From positions 59,458,001 to 59,522,000 of the forward strand of contig NC_043007.1 of NCBI RefSeq assembly GCF_006345805.1: DNA of 64,000 bases, read 5' to 3'. Source of the stretch: Octopus sinensis. Taxonomy: Eukaryota. The first letter of the stretch is position 1. Each line of letters begins with the position of its first letter. The notes below the pieces were generated by a model. That model was not told where the DNA came from. It searched no databases and saw nothing but the letters and a program-made list of their open reading frames with translations. The position numbers were made by a program, and so were the translations under genes. Of the stretch, positions 1 to 12,900 are shown in pieces.

Positions 1-576
1 CTCTTCATGTTTCCACGTCTCTCTTATTTCATTTTCCCAAACTCAATCTTCTTTCTCCCATCCTTTTCTTTCACTCCTCTCTCTTCATATATATCTTCAT
101 CTTACCTCACTCTATCTCCCCCTCCTCGATATCATTTCACCTTTTTCTTGCTATTCTCTACTTTTTCCCTCTTTCTCCTTTTTTCTGCCCACCCCAACGC
201 TATTTCTTTGATCTTTCAAATTCTTCAAATCTCATTTCGACTCCGTCTCTCCTCCTTCTCCTCCTCCTCCTCCTCCTCCTCCTCCTCCTCTTCCTTATCA
301 CTTACTCGTTCCTTTCCTTCTCTTCAGTCTCTCTTTTGCCATTTGATATCAACTTTTCCTCCTACCCTGTCACTGATCTCGACTTCCTCCCTCGTTTCCC
401 CCCAGTCCATTTCGCTACATGTCTCTACCCACCACTCCTCTCATTTCATCTATGCACCTCCACTAACCTTGTCTTCATTTCTCTATCCTTTCCCGTCTCT
501 CTTTTACTATCCTCCACTTTCTTTGATGTTATTTCATCTCATTTCTCTCTTTTTCTTCCGCTCTCATATATGTACA

Positions 577-628
<52 letters not shown>

Positions 629-1689
629 CAAGTGTGTGTGTTATTTACACACACACACACACCCATATATATATATATTTATATATATATGTATATACAC
701 ATATGTGTGTGTGTGTGTGTATGCACATATGTATGTAATAAGGAAGTAATACCTTACAACAGTACAGTTGTTTCAATACATTGTATCTTTTCTGTGTCTC
801 ACGTGCAATTTCTTCCTCTCTACCTCTCTCACTATCTCTCTCCTCTTCATTGGCTGCCACTCTCTCTCCTCTCCTCTCTCTTTCTGACTTCTCTCACACT
901 ACGTTCCTCTATTTAACCGTTACGCCTCCCTCTCTCTCTCCTGGTATTATCCTTTTAAGCCCTTCCATTCTTTCTATATGTTTATCCCTTTCAGCCTTTT
1001 TTGTGTTTTATATATTTTTCCAACCTGACTCCACCCTCCGTTTCTCCCTCTGGTTCTAACTCTTTTTCTCTTCTCTTCTATGTTTCTGTCTCTAGTTCTT
1101 ACTCATTTTCTCTCCTTTTCTCCCCCATTCTTTATTCCCCTCCTACACTTCTTTTCGTCTTCTTCCTCCTCTCTAGTTGTCATTTCTACTCACCCTCCCC
1201 ATTCCCTCTTACTGGTACCCATCATCTTCTTTCTCACCTTATTCACCATTTTTAAAGATATTTTCTCTCTTAATCCTTCTTTTCTTTCTCTTCTTACTTA
1301 GATCCTACTTTTCATTCTCATTCTCTTTGTTTTTATTCTTTCCTATACTCACACTCTCTCTCTACTATATTTATCTTAGCTTTTCCATTTCTCATTCTCC
1401 ACCTTACACACATACACACACACACGCACGCACACACACACGCACACTCTGTCTGTCTCTCGCTCTCTCCACACTCCTCTCTCAAGCTGCTCATGTCAAG
1501 TTTTTCTAGTTCTCCATTTTACATTCTGTCCGTATTCTCTCTTCCTCACTTCTCTCTCTATCTGTCTGTCTGTCGGTCTCTCTCTCTCTCTGCCGATTTC
1601 TGTTTCTCTTTCTAAGTATCCTTGTATCTCTCTCACCTCCTTTCATCCCCCCCCCCTTCCCTCTCTCCCACCCACTCCTCCCTTCCTCC

Positions 1690-1745
<56 letters not shown>

Positions 1746-1746
1746 A

Positions 1747-1797
<51 letters not shown>

Positions 1798-1864
1798 GTA
1801 TCTATGTATGTATGTATGTATGTATGTATGTATGTATGTATCTATCTATCTATCTATCTATCTA

Positions 1865-1942
<78 letters not shown>

Positions 1943-1970
1943 ATCTATCTATCTCTCTACCTATCTATCA

Positions 1971-2016
<46 letters not shown>

Positions 2017-2037
2017 ATCATCTATCTATCTCTCTAC

Positions 2038-2097
<60 letters not shown>

Positions 2098-2100
2098 TTT
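1..2100. repeat. CT-rich low-complexity DNA ending in a compound (TATC)/(TGTC)/(TATG) microsatellite
   Basis: Pyrimidine-rich sequence with (TA)n and (CA)n. Tetranucleotide arrays run from ~1690 to 2097. ORFs here are repeat translations (YLSI, SVCL). Confidence 0.95.
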
Positions 2101-2199
2101 TTTCCCTCTCTGCTTGTCTCTCAGCCTCTTTTCTAGTTCCCGGTTCGTGTGAGTGCAGAACACGGAGAACAACTTGATCGATCAAAGTCTTCATATTGC

Positions 2200-2770
2200 C
2201 ATCGATGACGATAATGATAACAGTGACGATAAATGACGACGACGACGATGTCGATGTCTATGACGACGACGATGTCGATGTCTATGACGACGATGATGAC
2301 GATGACGATGATGAGGATGAAGATGTGGATGAGGACAAGGATGAGAACGAGGAGGATGGTGATGACGATAGATTGTTTTTCTCATCAATAATTCTTTCTG
2401 AATGGTCTGTCTCTTGTTATTGTTATTGTTGCTGTTGTTGTTGTTGTTGCTGCTGCTGCTACTGTTGCTGCTACTGCAGTTGTCGGGAGATCAACAAACA
2501 ATATTACAGTAGCTATTCTTCCCAATGAGCCGCACCAACCAACCAACCGAACCTCCCGCTAGCCAGCCAACTGTCTCCACCTCCACCACCGCCGCCGCCA
2601 GCAGGAGAAACAGCACTTTTAACACCATCGCTATCACCGCCACCTGATTATTACCACTACTTCAAACTCAGCATCATCATCCTCACTGTTCTTAACATTA
2701 TGAACACCACTCCCGAAATAACCATTATTAGCACAATCCACTACACCACCACCACCACCACCACCACCAC

Positions 2771-2803
<33 letters not shown>

Positions 2804-3300
2804 GGCCACCACCATCGCGGCCACCACCATCGCGGCCACCATCATCGCCACTACTCACCACCATCACCATCACCACCACCACCACCACCAACACCAGCAC
2901 CACCATCACCCCCTACCGAAAATGTGTCTGTATTAGTACTTCTATCACCTCACCATCACCCCATCATTCTCTTCGCAATCACTACCACCAGTCACCTGCA
3001 CTACAATTGCCACTACTTTTAACCAAAATCGATATGAAAATCATTGATAACACTCCATCACCACTACGAAATTCACCGATATCGTCAATACTGCCAACCA
3101 TCTCTATCAACATAACTATAAAAAAACAACAAACAAAACGAAAAAGCAAAGACAAAAAAAAAAATCGACACCACAACGACGACGGCGACCGCCGCCACCA
3201 CCACCACTACCACCACTACTGCTACCATCATCACCATCAGTATCAACACCGACATCATCCGTCATCACTACCAACTCCACACCACATCAGTATCAAAAGC
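2200..3300. repeat. Trinucleotide mosaic (GAC/GAT, TGT/TGC, CAC/GCC, CAT)
   Basis: Successive imperfect triplet arrays, including (GCC)~9 at ~2775-2802 and a 12-bp unit caccatcgcggc repeated about three times. Confidence 0.9.
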
Positions 3301-3383
3301 ATTATATAAACCATTTTTATTTCTCTCAGCCTCTCTTTGCTTTCTTTCCTTCTGTCAGTCTTTCTTTCATACTCACTATCTCC

Positions 3384-3431
<48 letters not shown>

Positions 3432-3521
3432 TCCTCTTTTATTAAACCCTTCATTCTATTTCATATTTTATGTCACTTTTTAAAAATCTGTTCCCGTCTG
3501 TCGAAGCTTTTTCCTCTGCTC

Positions 3522-3604
<83 letters not shown>

Positions 3605-3757
3605 ACTGTCTGTCTGTCAGTCTGTCTGCCTGCCTAACTTTCTACAGGCGCGCGCACACACACATGCATACATATACACATATATTGCATTTTGTTGTGT
3701 GTGTGTGTGTGTATATATATATCTATATATATATATAACACTCATACATACACCTAA

Positions 3758-3790
<33 letters not shown>

Positions 3791-4371
3791 ATACTTTTCC
3801 TCCCTTTTCTTTTCGCGTTTCATCTGTTTTGTCTTCCTATTATTTTCGTTTCTCTCTCTCTTTCATCCCTACCACCATCACCTCTGTCTGCACACATGCA
3901 AACATGCACACATGCAAATATGCACACATATGTACACACACATACACACGCGCTCTCACTTACACACACACACGCACACATACATTGACATACACACGCA
4001 TTCATATAGACAGAGGCAACACATCAATACCACACTCCAACAGCCATATATCACCAGTGCAGGTGCACTTAGAGATATAGTTGAAATTATATAAAATACA
4101 ACAGCGAAGGCTAAAGTAGTTGAAGGCATCTATGGTCAATCCATTTGAGTGCATCAGTGGCCAAGCTGATAGAGTTATCGGTGGTTCGAATCGTATCAGA
4201 CGTAGGTTCTGTGTCCTAAACTAAATTCCTGAAAAATTTGGAAGATACTGGAATGAAGCGGATGAAGAGTGACTGGTTTATAACTGTTACGGTTCTCAGG
4301 CGATCAGGTCCTTTTTTTTTTGAGAGATAAGCAAACAAGTGTGCGTAAGTGAATTAAACTAAGTACATACA

Positions 4372-4885
4372 TGGGTATGTGGTTGAGAAGTTCGCTTCGC
4401 AATCACGTGGTTTTGGGTTCAGTCTGATTGTGTGACACTTTGGACATTTGTCTTTTACAACAGCTCTTGGGCGACCAATGCCTTGTGGGAGAATTTGGCA
4501 GACGGGAACTTTGTGGAAGCCCATCGCGCGCGCGCGTGTATGAAGGAGTGGCTCTGTGGTAAGTAGCTTGCTTACCGACCACATGGTTCTGGGTTCAGTC
4601 TCATTGCGTGGCATCTTAGGCAAGTGTCTTCTACTATAGCCTCGGGCCAACCAAAGCCTTGTGAGTGGATTTGGTAGACGGAAAATGAAAGAAGCCTGTC
4701 GTATGTGTGTGTGTGTGTGTTTGTCACCCCAACATCGCTTGGCAACTGATGCTGGTGTGTTTACGTCCCTGTAACTTAGCGGTTCGGCAAAAGAGACCAA
4801 TAGAATAAGTACTAGGCTTACAAGGAATAAGTCTTGGGGTCGATTTGCTCGACTAAAGGCGATGCTCCAGCATGGCCGCAGTCTG
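4372..4885 (+). mobile_element. tRNA-headed SINE, family A (partial copy followed by a full copy from ~4545)
   Basis: A/B-box-like head (tggctctgtggtaag...ggttcagtc), internal (GT)n and tail gctccagcatggccgcagtc. The same unit recurs many times in the window. Confidence 0.85.
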
Positions 4886-5316
4886 ATGCTTTTTCAAACA
4901 AAAGATTAAGTGAGCACTAAGCTACGTACCGAAACGCCATTCGAAAGAACAATCTCAATATTTACGAGTCAACACTGGTCCTCATTTCCACCCAGTTCTA
5001 ACATTTGGCTCCATGTACCAGTTGTTATAGAACAGCGGTCACATCCCTGGCAATAATTCGACAGGCTGGTTAAATCAGATGAGGGTAACCGACGGATCTA
5101 AAACCCTCGGTGTATCAGGGACCTGTCTATCCTAGCATGCATAGACAAACTGAGGTTGATTGAGGAGAAGAGACCAGCAGTAGAACGAATGGTAGCGAAG
5201 GCTCTTCTATAAGCAATGTGGATCGCATAGAGTAAATAACACGACACGAAAGGCGCTTTGGTCATCGCCAGTCGTTTCGACGTTTGTTCTGCTACAAGAC
5301 CAAATTGGAAATCAGG

Positions 5317-5374
<58 letters not shown>

Positions 5375-5993
5375 AAGAGAGAGAGAGAGAGAGGGAGAGA
5401 GGGAGAGAGAGAGGGTGGGAGGTGCTGATAGTGCGTTATTCTTCCTCTCTTTAATCAAACAGATCGTGCAAGTTATTATTGTCAGTCATCTTTACAGGAT
5501 GACTAGATGGTCCTCGTCGGATCGACGGGCGAAAATGGAAGACTACAGCAACCGAATGAGCCGTAGAATTTACTTTAAACGCCTGCAGAGTTGAATACCA
5601 TCTGCCATTCAGTTATTGTAGTACCTCTGATTACTTCATCTTTACGAACCAATGAGGGAATCTCTACATGGCGGCTCGACATACCAAAAATCTTATCAAT
5701 ATTCCTTCAATCACACGTTACCGCCATAAATAAAGACGTATTGGATAGTGTATTCGTTGGTACACAATTCTCAAAAGGATTCAACGGGTTTAATTGCGTA
5801 TTAAAGTCATTCAGTGTATCTTGAGGTATCTACTGTGGGGTGACACACTGCGATAAAGTATATGTTTAAAGCTAGGAAATATGAATGAGTGACAATTGGG
5901 CACTTTCACCGTGGACTCAGACAAGCGTGTTGTTCTTAGTAAAAAAATCAACAACGTAACGGATCAGTTATTTATCAATGTTAAATAGTGGTG

Positions 5994-6068
<75 letters not shown>

Positions 6069-6401
6069 TGTGTGCGTGCGCGTGTGCGCGCCTATGTGTC
6101 CATACTGAGAGAAATCTACTGTGGGAAAGAATCGGTTCCACGAGGCAACCCGATCTGAAGAATGCTCTCAATATAAGGACATGAAAGCAAGAGAATGCAC
6201 ATTGAAGCCTACAGTGATGACTCCACATCTTACACACGCACACATAAACACACAGATACACATACATACACATATACGGGTGTGAGAGAGAGTAGAAATA
6301 CATACAAATGTAGAGGTAAAATTAATTCGTTTCAAACAATGATTTCTCACAATGGTACAAGACTGTATCTTTGCAATACGGTGTAGGTGTATCGTCAATT
6401 A

Positions 6402-7260
6402 GGATCTTTTCCTTTTGAACGGCACTTTGTAACATAATTTCTAGGTAACTACAAAGTTTTAAACTTTGTATACTGGTAGAATGTGTTTATAAAACATCAT
6501 TTTCTCTTGGCTTTATTGAGAAAATTCTATATGTTGAAAGATATTTCGTCTTTAATTTCGAGCATTTCGGCAATTTTAACCAATCGCTGACGTCCATTTA
6601 GGTAAATAACATTCTGTGCATAATAAATATGTCCCTCCTTTAAGAAACATATTGGGTTTATTTACATTTGTGAAGAAAAAGATACCCTTCCCCCACCCCT
6701 AACCCTAACCCTAACCCTAACCCTAACCCTAACTAACCCTAACTCTAACCCTAAATCTAAAATAGATCGATACTAGGGTTATAATTATGGGTGACAATTT
6801 CATACGACACCGCTACGGAAAATGGGATTTTTTCTAGCGGTGTCAAATGAAAATGTCACCTATAATTATGGCCCTAGTATCGATCTATTGCATTTCAATC
6901 TATTTTAGATTTAGGGTTAGAGTTAGGGTTAGTTAGGGTTAGGGTTAGGGTTAGGGTTAGGGGTTGGGGAAGGGCATCTTTTTTTTCTTCACAAATGTAA
7001 ATAAACCCAATCTGTTTCTTAAAGGAGGGACATATTCATTATGCACAGAATGTTATTTACCAAAATGGACGTCAGCGATTGGTTAAAATTGCCGAAATGC
7101 TCGAAATTAAAGACGAAATATCTTACAACCTATAGAATTTTCTCAACAAAGCCAAGAGAAAATGATGTTTTATAAACACATTCTACCAGTATACAAAGTT
7201 TAAAACTTTGTAGTTACCTAGAAATTATGTTACAAAGTGCCGTTTAAAAGGAAAATATCC
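6402..7260. mobile_element. Non-autonomous foldback DNA transposon with internal telomeric repeats and 8-bp TSD
   Basis: The whole element is an imperfect palindrome with termini ggatcttttccttttgaacggcac / gtgccgtttaaaaggaaaatatcc. GTCAATTA flanks both ends (6394-6401, 7261-7268). (CCCTAA)n lies at ~6698-6755 and (TTAGGG)n at ~6911-6963. Confidence 0.9.
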
Positions 7261-7329
7261 GTCAATTAAATCTACCCAAATATAAAATTGGCATCTATTC
7301 TAAAGGGAAGCATTTAGTTCGGTACTGCA

Positions 7330-8605
7330 ATGAAACTAACAATCTACCTCCAGTCAACGCAGTACCCTCCGCACAGTCTCCTTATCCGACAAAAACAACC
7401 GTTGTGTTTTTCTGCGGAGTATGCATGTCAAGTAACTTGACTCAATATTAAACAACACCTGCCGCCTGATCACTGGTCGCATGAAACTCATCAACATAAA
7501 CAACCTGCACCTTCGCGTTAACACTGTCCCTGCTGATATGAGATATGAAGGAAGCAGTCGAGTCGAGATGACAAAAAATGCGGTGGGTGGGGGCACAATG
7601 AATAACCAATTCTCGGATAGCCACCACTCGTAACTATAAATAAGTAAATAAACGGGATGGTCACGTTTATTGTGATTGTGAATAAAATTGATCTGGCGTT
7701 GAAGAAGAAGAAGAAGAAGAAGAAGAAGAAGAAGAAGAAGAAGAAGAAGAAGAAGAAGAAGAAGAAGAAGAAGAAGAAGAAGAACAACAACAACACAACA
7801 ACAACATTACAATAAAGCAGCAACAATATAATGGAGCTGCTAAAAATAGTAGTCCAAACTCACTTAAATCATATCAGTCGTCTTGAAAATGTAAGAGCAC
7901 ATTCGGTAATGCACCCCTAGATGCACTGTATCAGGAAAAATTACTGGATGGTCACGTCTGTAACGCCTCTAATTGCTGGTCATCTGGTTCAGGAATAACC
8001 TGAGGCTAAACAACATCTACGGTCAATGGAGAGCGTGTGACATGTCTAGACTATAACACTCCAATTACTGCATACAAGAAATTTAGTCGTTCAATCGGTT
8101 ATCTGTGAACTATCGATCTGTTTGAACAGAAATGACTCGGAGCAATACAGTCGAGAAAGCTATCTCCTCAATAGACGCCAAACCTCGGCCCAAACACTAA
8201 AGTCATGAAGAAGCTTCCTCCGCTGTGTCCGGCCCCTAACAACATCTCTGGTAGTTACCAGATTCCGGCTCTGGTTGAAAAGCTTAAGAATGAATCTTCT
8301 CCAGTTAATACGGGAATCTCCCTGCTGAAGTTCTTTCCTCCTGGCTCAGAAACACCATGGATTTAGTGGAAGATACTCAGGTACCTGAGAACGAGAGTTG
8401 GACGATCAAAAACTAATCTGGTGAGTTGCTTTGGTCAGCCTGGCCCAGTCACATGTGAACGTAGTGAAGCAGACTATTCTAAGGAGCATTGCCTTGTCTA
8501 TCCTCCTCTACTAACCTCTGCAACACAAAAGAACTTGCAGGGTTCAATAAAAATGCAAAGAACTGTGTAAAGAAATGGGAAACTGCCACATAAGCATGAC
8601 ACGCC
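7330..8605 (+). mobile_element. Degenerate 3' end of an Ingi/Vingi-like (I group) LINE, split by a ~570-bp insertion
   Basis: Hand translation gives AEYACQV / DSILNNTCRLITGRMKLININNLHL...EMTK | QYSRESYLLNRRQTSAQTLKS*RSFLRCVRPL / PPGSETPWI*WKILRYLRTRVGRSKTNL...KNCVKKWETAT*. This resembles the C-terminal region of Ingi/Vingi ORFs as I recall it. Many stops and frameshifts. Confidence 0.65.
7573..8144 (+). repeat. Copy 1 of a ~570-bp direct duplication containing (GAA)n(CAA)n
   Basis: Near-identical to 11971-12516, from aaaaaatgcggtgggtgggggcac to gaaatgactcggagca. Confidence 0.95.
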
Positions 8606-8720
8606 GTAGAGTCGAATGGAGAAAGGGACCAAATTTCCCTAACGAGATCTATAACGTTTAAAAAATCGAACAAGACATTGAAAACTCTAGTCCTTTCCTT
8701 TGTATATTATGCCTGAAAGT

Positions 8721-9072
8721 GGAGGCGCAATGCTCCAGTGGTTAGGGCGGGACACTCGCGGTCGTAGGATAGCGGTTTCGATTCCCAGACTGGGCGTTGT
8801 GAGTGTTTATTGAGCGAAAACACCTAAAGCTCTACGAGGCTTCGGCAGGGTGTGGTAGCGAACCCTACTGTACTCTTTCACCACAACTTTCTCTCACTCT
8901 TTCTTCCTGTTTCTGTTGTATCTGTATTTCAAAGGGACCAGCCTTGTCACACACTGTGTCACACTGAATCTCCCCGAGAACTATGTTAAGGGTACACGTG
9001 CCTGTGGAGTGCTCAGGCTGTTCCGTTGATTCGGATCAACTGGAACCCTCGTCGTCGTAACCGACGGAGTGC
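8721..9072 (+). mobile_element. tRNA-headed SINE, family B
   Basis: Head ggaggcgcaatgctccagtggttagg...ggtttcgattccc and tail ggaaccctcgtcgtcgtaaccgacggagtgc. Homologous to 28585-28951. Confidence 0.85.
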
Positions 9073-9119
9073 AACGATGTCTGAAAAATAAAAGTAAAAA
9101 AAGAAACCAACAACAACGA

Positions 9120-9505
9120 GATGATTACGACCGGCAAGTCTTTAACCATAAGCCTGCTCCAGCTTAACTGACTTCAAACAAAACCGTAACTTCAGCAACA
9201 ATAACGACAATAATTGCAGCGGCAACAAACAGCAGCAGCGGCGGCAGCAGCAGCAGCAGCTATAATAATAACAACAACTGCAAGAAAAACAATAATAGTA
9301 GCAACAGCGGTAACAACAACAACTGGTCACAGTAACAACAACATCAACTAGTCGCAGTAACAACAACTAGTCGTAGTAACAACAAGAACAAAAATAGCTA
9401 ACAGCAACAACAACAGCAGCAGAAATAGTAACAACGACGACGACAGTAACAACAACAATAACGACAACAACAACGACAGTATCAACAACAACAAGAACAA
9501 CAGCA
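9120..9505. repeat. (CAA)/(CAG)/(TAA) trinucleotide mosaic
   Basis: Visible directly in the sequence. Confidence 0.9.
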
Positions 9506-9851
9506 TTATTCTAGCGTCTTTATCTTATCTAAAATATCCACCACAGTGAGTTTTTCGGTTGACTGAGGAACTATAACTTTATTAAAAATAGACTACGAAA
9601 TTGAGTGCAAGAAACACTCAGGTCAGGCTAAGAGCTGCTTTTGTCTAAGCTAGTGGATTCTCAAAGAGGGTGGTGCTGGGTACCGGGAACAGAACAGGGA
9701 AGGGGCGATTGATACATCTTTTAATTGCCCTAATTTTCAAAATTATTTTCAATTTTTATTCTGTGTACGAATCATCTGATAATATAAATAGTCGATGTAG
9801 TGTGATGGAGGAAAAAGAAACAAGCGGGAGAAAGAAATACAGAGACCTTAC

Positions 9852-10055
9852 CTGTTGACATAGGCGGGGTGAGCGATCACTGTCAAGAAATAAACACGTC
9901 CTTGCATGCTGCTGTATCTCCTCGAACTCCCCCACATGCTTCCTGCCCACGCATGCGCCCTTGACTGTGCCGCCGGCCCCTGCAGTTTTCACTTCCGTCT
10001 ACCTCATCTGCAATCCTCTCCACCAACACCACATAGATCATCACAGCCCATAACA
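9852..10055 (-). other. Candidate exon (GC-rich unique block ending in a strong splice donor)
   Basis: The minus strand ends ...gtcaacag|gtaagg. GC content is higher than in the flanks, and two frames are open up to the donor. No recognisable product and only weak acceptors. Confidence 0.25.
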
Positions 10056-10076
10056 CTACAAACACCACAGTCGAAA

Positions 10077-10290
10077 AGGCAGCGTGCTGGCAGAGTCATT
10101 AGCACGCCGGGCAAAAGGTTTAGCGGCATTTCGTCCGTTTTTACGTTCTTGGATCAAATAACGCCGGGGTCGACTTTGCTTTTCATCCTTTCAGAGTCGA
10201 TAATAAGTACTAGTTCAGTACTGGGGTCGATGTAATGGGTTTAGCTCCTCATCCAATTTGCTGGCCTTGTGCCAAAATTTGAATCCAATA
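10077..10290 (+). mobile_element. SINE, family C
   Basis: ggcagcgtgctggcagagtcattagcacgccgggc...gtcgactttgcttttcatcctttc...ctggggtcgatgtaat. Related copies at ~36000-36135, 56285-56480 (minus) and 62425-62560. Confidence 0.8.
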
Positions 10291-10359
10291 TAAGTGGTCG
10301 AAATGTTATTTTGGCAATCTAAATTCTTTTGATTCTTTTCTTTTATTCTTTTCTTTATT

Positions 10360-10560
10360 TATTTTACTTGTTTTAGTCATTTGAGTGCGGCCCTGCTGGA
10401 GCACCACCTTGAAGTGTTTTTGTCGAACAATTCGACCCCAGAACTTACTTATAAGTCTAGTACTTATTCTATCGGTCTCTTTGCCGAGCCGCTACGTTAC
10501 GGGGACGTAAATACATAAACACCGGTTGTCAAGCGATGATGGGGGACAAACACAGACACA

Positions 10561-10601
<41 letters not shown>

Positions 10602-10770
10602 ACACATACATGACGGGATTCTTTCAGTTTCCGTCTACCAAATCTACTCACAAGGTTTTGGTCGGCCCAAGGCTTTAGTAGAAGAGGCTTGTCCCAGGTG
10701 CCACGCAGTGGGACTGAACCCATAACCATGTGGTTGGAAAGCAAGCTTCTTACCACAAAGCCACGCTTGC
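10360..10770 (-). mobile_element. SINE, family A
   Basis: Reverse-complement homolog of 4545-4885 with internal (CA)n. Confidence 0.85.
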
Positions 10771-11970
10771 GTCTATGATGAAATAACTTATGTGTAAGTA
10801 CGTTCGTCTGTTGGAGTGACGAGGACCATGTCGCCATCCTTAAGGAAGACTGGTGATTTGCACGGTGACTTTGTTTAGATTGGAGAAGAGTTGCGTACGA
10901 TCAGTCAACCTCACTCTCTCATCTGTGACCATCTTCAATCCAGTTGTAAGACCAGGTCAAGACGACTGGAGATGGAGACGGATGCGGTGGATGACCAAAA
11001 TATCTTATTTGCCTCATCTTGACCCATGAAGGACCTAGTCTTCATTTCATAGGTAGGTAAGCTCTAATATGTAAATTTAATCCATAGGTGGGACCCTGAC
11101 AAATGCTACTACTCAGGGACAGAGTTGACCTGGAAATAATAGTGGCAAAAAGATGGTTCCACACTCCTCAAAACCTTAGAATTCTAGAACCAGAATCCCA
11201 CAACAGGGTGCAGGTTAAAGTCACCGCCAGGACATGTGCAAATAGCTTTTAAATAGTGATCACACTGTCGGTAGCTATCATATTGTAGTGTATTCGATTT
11301 TACTGAATCGAAGTAAGGGCGCTAGTTGTAGCATTGAAAGTGTTAGTAAAAGAAATAATACGAGAACTAAAAATGCTTGAGAAGCCCTGATGTAATTGCT
11401 CGATTTTGTATAGCAGTAGTTATTTAGTGATCCACGTTCCATATATCCACTGAATTTTAGTAATATAAAGCAATATTAACTGATATAACATGGCATGAGC
11501 TACTCAAGATAGATCCATCTATAATATTCCAGGGAAAACCTCAAGATAAAACAAAGCGAAACGAAACACAATATCCTTTACTCACCCTAGACAAGCAAGT
11601 ACACATACATGCTAAAATATCCTCGTCGTCATCGTCGTTGTCATCATCATTATCATCATCATTGTCGTTAGATGAAAAAGCTGAGTTGGTATGAGTACTG
11701 GAACAAACAACAAATGACACACTTTGATCCAGTCCCCATCGTCCGCTTCTCGTTGGAGCTCGACCTGCTAGAATTAACATGTCAAGATTGGCTGCATCTG
11801 ATTGGTTGAAATTATCAAAACTTTCAGTTTTTAATTTCTTAAAGAAAAAAATATGATTATAATTTTCGTAATTTGCGTAATAAACCGTCTTCAGAAAACT
11901 TTAAAATAAAAAAAAAAGCATATCGTATCAAGCCGTAAAGTCCCCAGTTCAATCTCATCTTAGCGTCTTA

Positions 11971-12516
11971 AAAAAATGCGGTGGGTGGGGGCACAATGAA
12001 TAACCAATTCTCAGATAGCCACCACTCGTAACTATAAATAAGTAAATAAACAGGATGGTCACGTTTATTGTGATTGTGAATAAAATTGACCTGGCGTTGA
12101 AGAAGAAGAAGAAGAAGAAGAAGAAGAAGAAGAAGAAGAAGAAGAAGAAGAAGAAGAACAACAACAACAACAACAACATTACAATAAAGCAGCAACAATA
12201 TTATGGAGCTGCTAAAAATAATAGTCCAAACTCACTCAAATCATATCAGTCGTCTTGAAAATGTAAGAGCACATTCGGTAATGCACCCCTAGATGCACTG
12301 TATCAGGAAAAATTACTGGATGGTCACGTCTGTAACGCCTCTAATTGCTGGTCATCTGGTTCAGGAATAACCTGAGGCTAAACAACATCTACGGTCAATG
12401 GAGAGCGTGTGACATGTCTAGACTATAACACTCCAATTACTGCATACAAGAAATTTAGTCGTTCAATCGGTTATCTGTGAACTATCGATCTGTTTGAACA
12501 GAAATGACTCGGAGCA
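11971..12516 (+). repeat. Copy 2 of the ~570-bp direct duplication
   Basis: Near-identical to 7573-8144, differing mainly in GAA/CAA repeat number and a few substitutions. Confidence 0.95.
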
Positions 12517-12595
12517 GTACAACAACGACAACAACAACAACAAGAACAGCAACAGCAGCAGCAAGAGCAGCAGTAGTAACATCATCATTATCTGC

Positions 12596-12626
<31 letters not shown>

Positions 12627-12900
12627 GTAGCAGCAACGACAGAGACAACAGCAACAAGAACAGCAACAGTAGAAATAACATCAATAACAACAACAACACC
12701 CAAAACAACAACAATAGTAATAACAGCATCAGAAGCAGCAGTAGTAGCAGCAGTAGTAGTAGCAGCATCATTAACAACAAGAGCAATAACAATGAACTAT
12801 AGTATCAGAAGCAACACCAGCAACTGTAGCGGCCACAACAATAACCGCAGCAGTAGCAGCAGCAACAGCAACAACACAAACAACAACAACAACAGTTTTT
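12517..12900. repeat. (CAA)/(CAG)/(TAG) trinucleotide mosaic
   Basis: Visible directly. It is the source of the N/S/T-rich ORFs in the track. Confidence 0.9.

Noticed and set aside
7-2177. Long ORFs (up to 190 aa) at the window start, and similar YLSI/HTHT/VCVC/MYVC ORFs throughout
   Set aside because: They are translations of CT-rich or microsatellite DNA that lacks stop codons, with no domain content.
2196-3309. Poly-Asp, poly-Ala/His and His-rich ORFs resembling transcription-factor low-complexity regions
   Set aside because: They are pure triplet mosaics open in several frames, with no adjoining structured domain or convincing splice sites.
4148-4205. tRNA-like A/B boxes (also ~33786-33870 and ~41130-41180)
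   Set aside because: They cannot fold into a cloverleaf and are most likely decayed SINE heads.
5590-5830. Minus-strand fragments (LNDFNTQLN, NIDKIF) faintly like an APE endonuclease
   Set aside because: The similarity is too short and degenerate to support without a profile search.
6698-6963. Telomeric arrays as a true chromosome end or a telomere-fusion scar
   Set aside because: The arrays are short, oriented opposite to a fusion, and lie inside a TSD-flanked inverted-repeat element.
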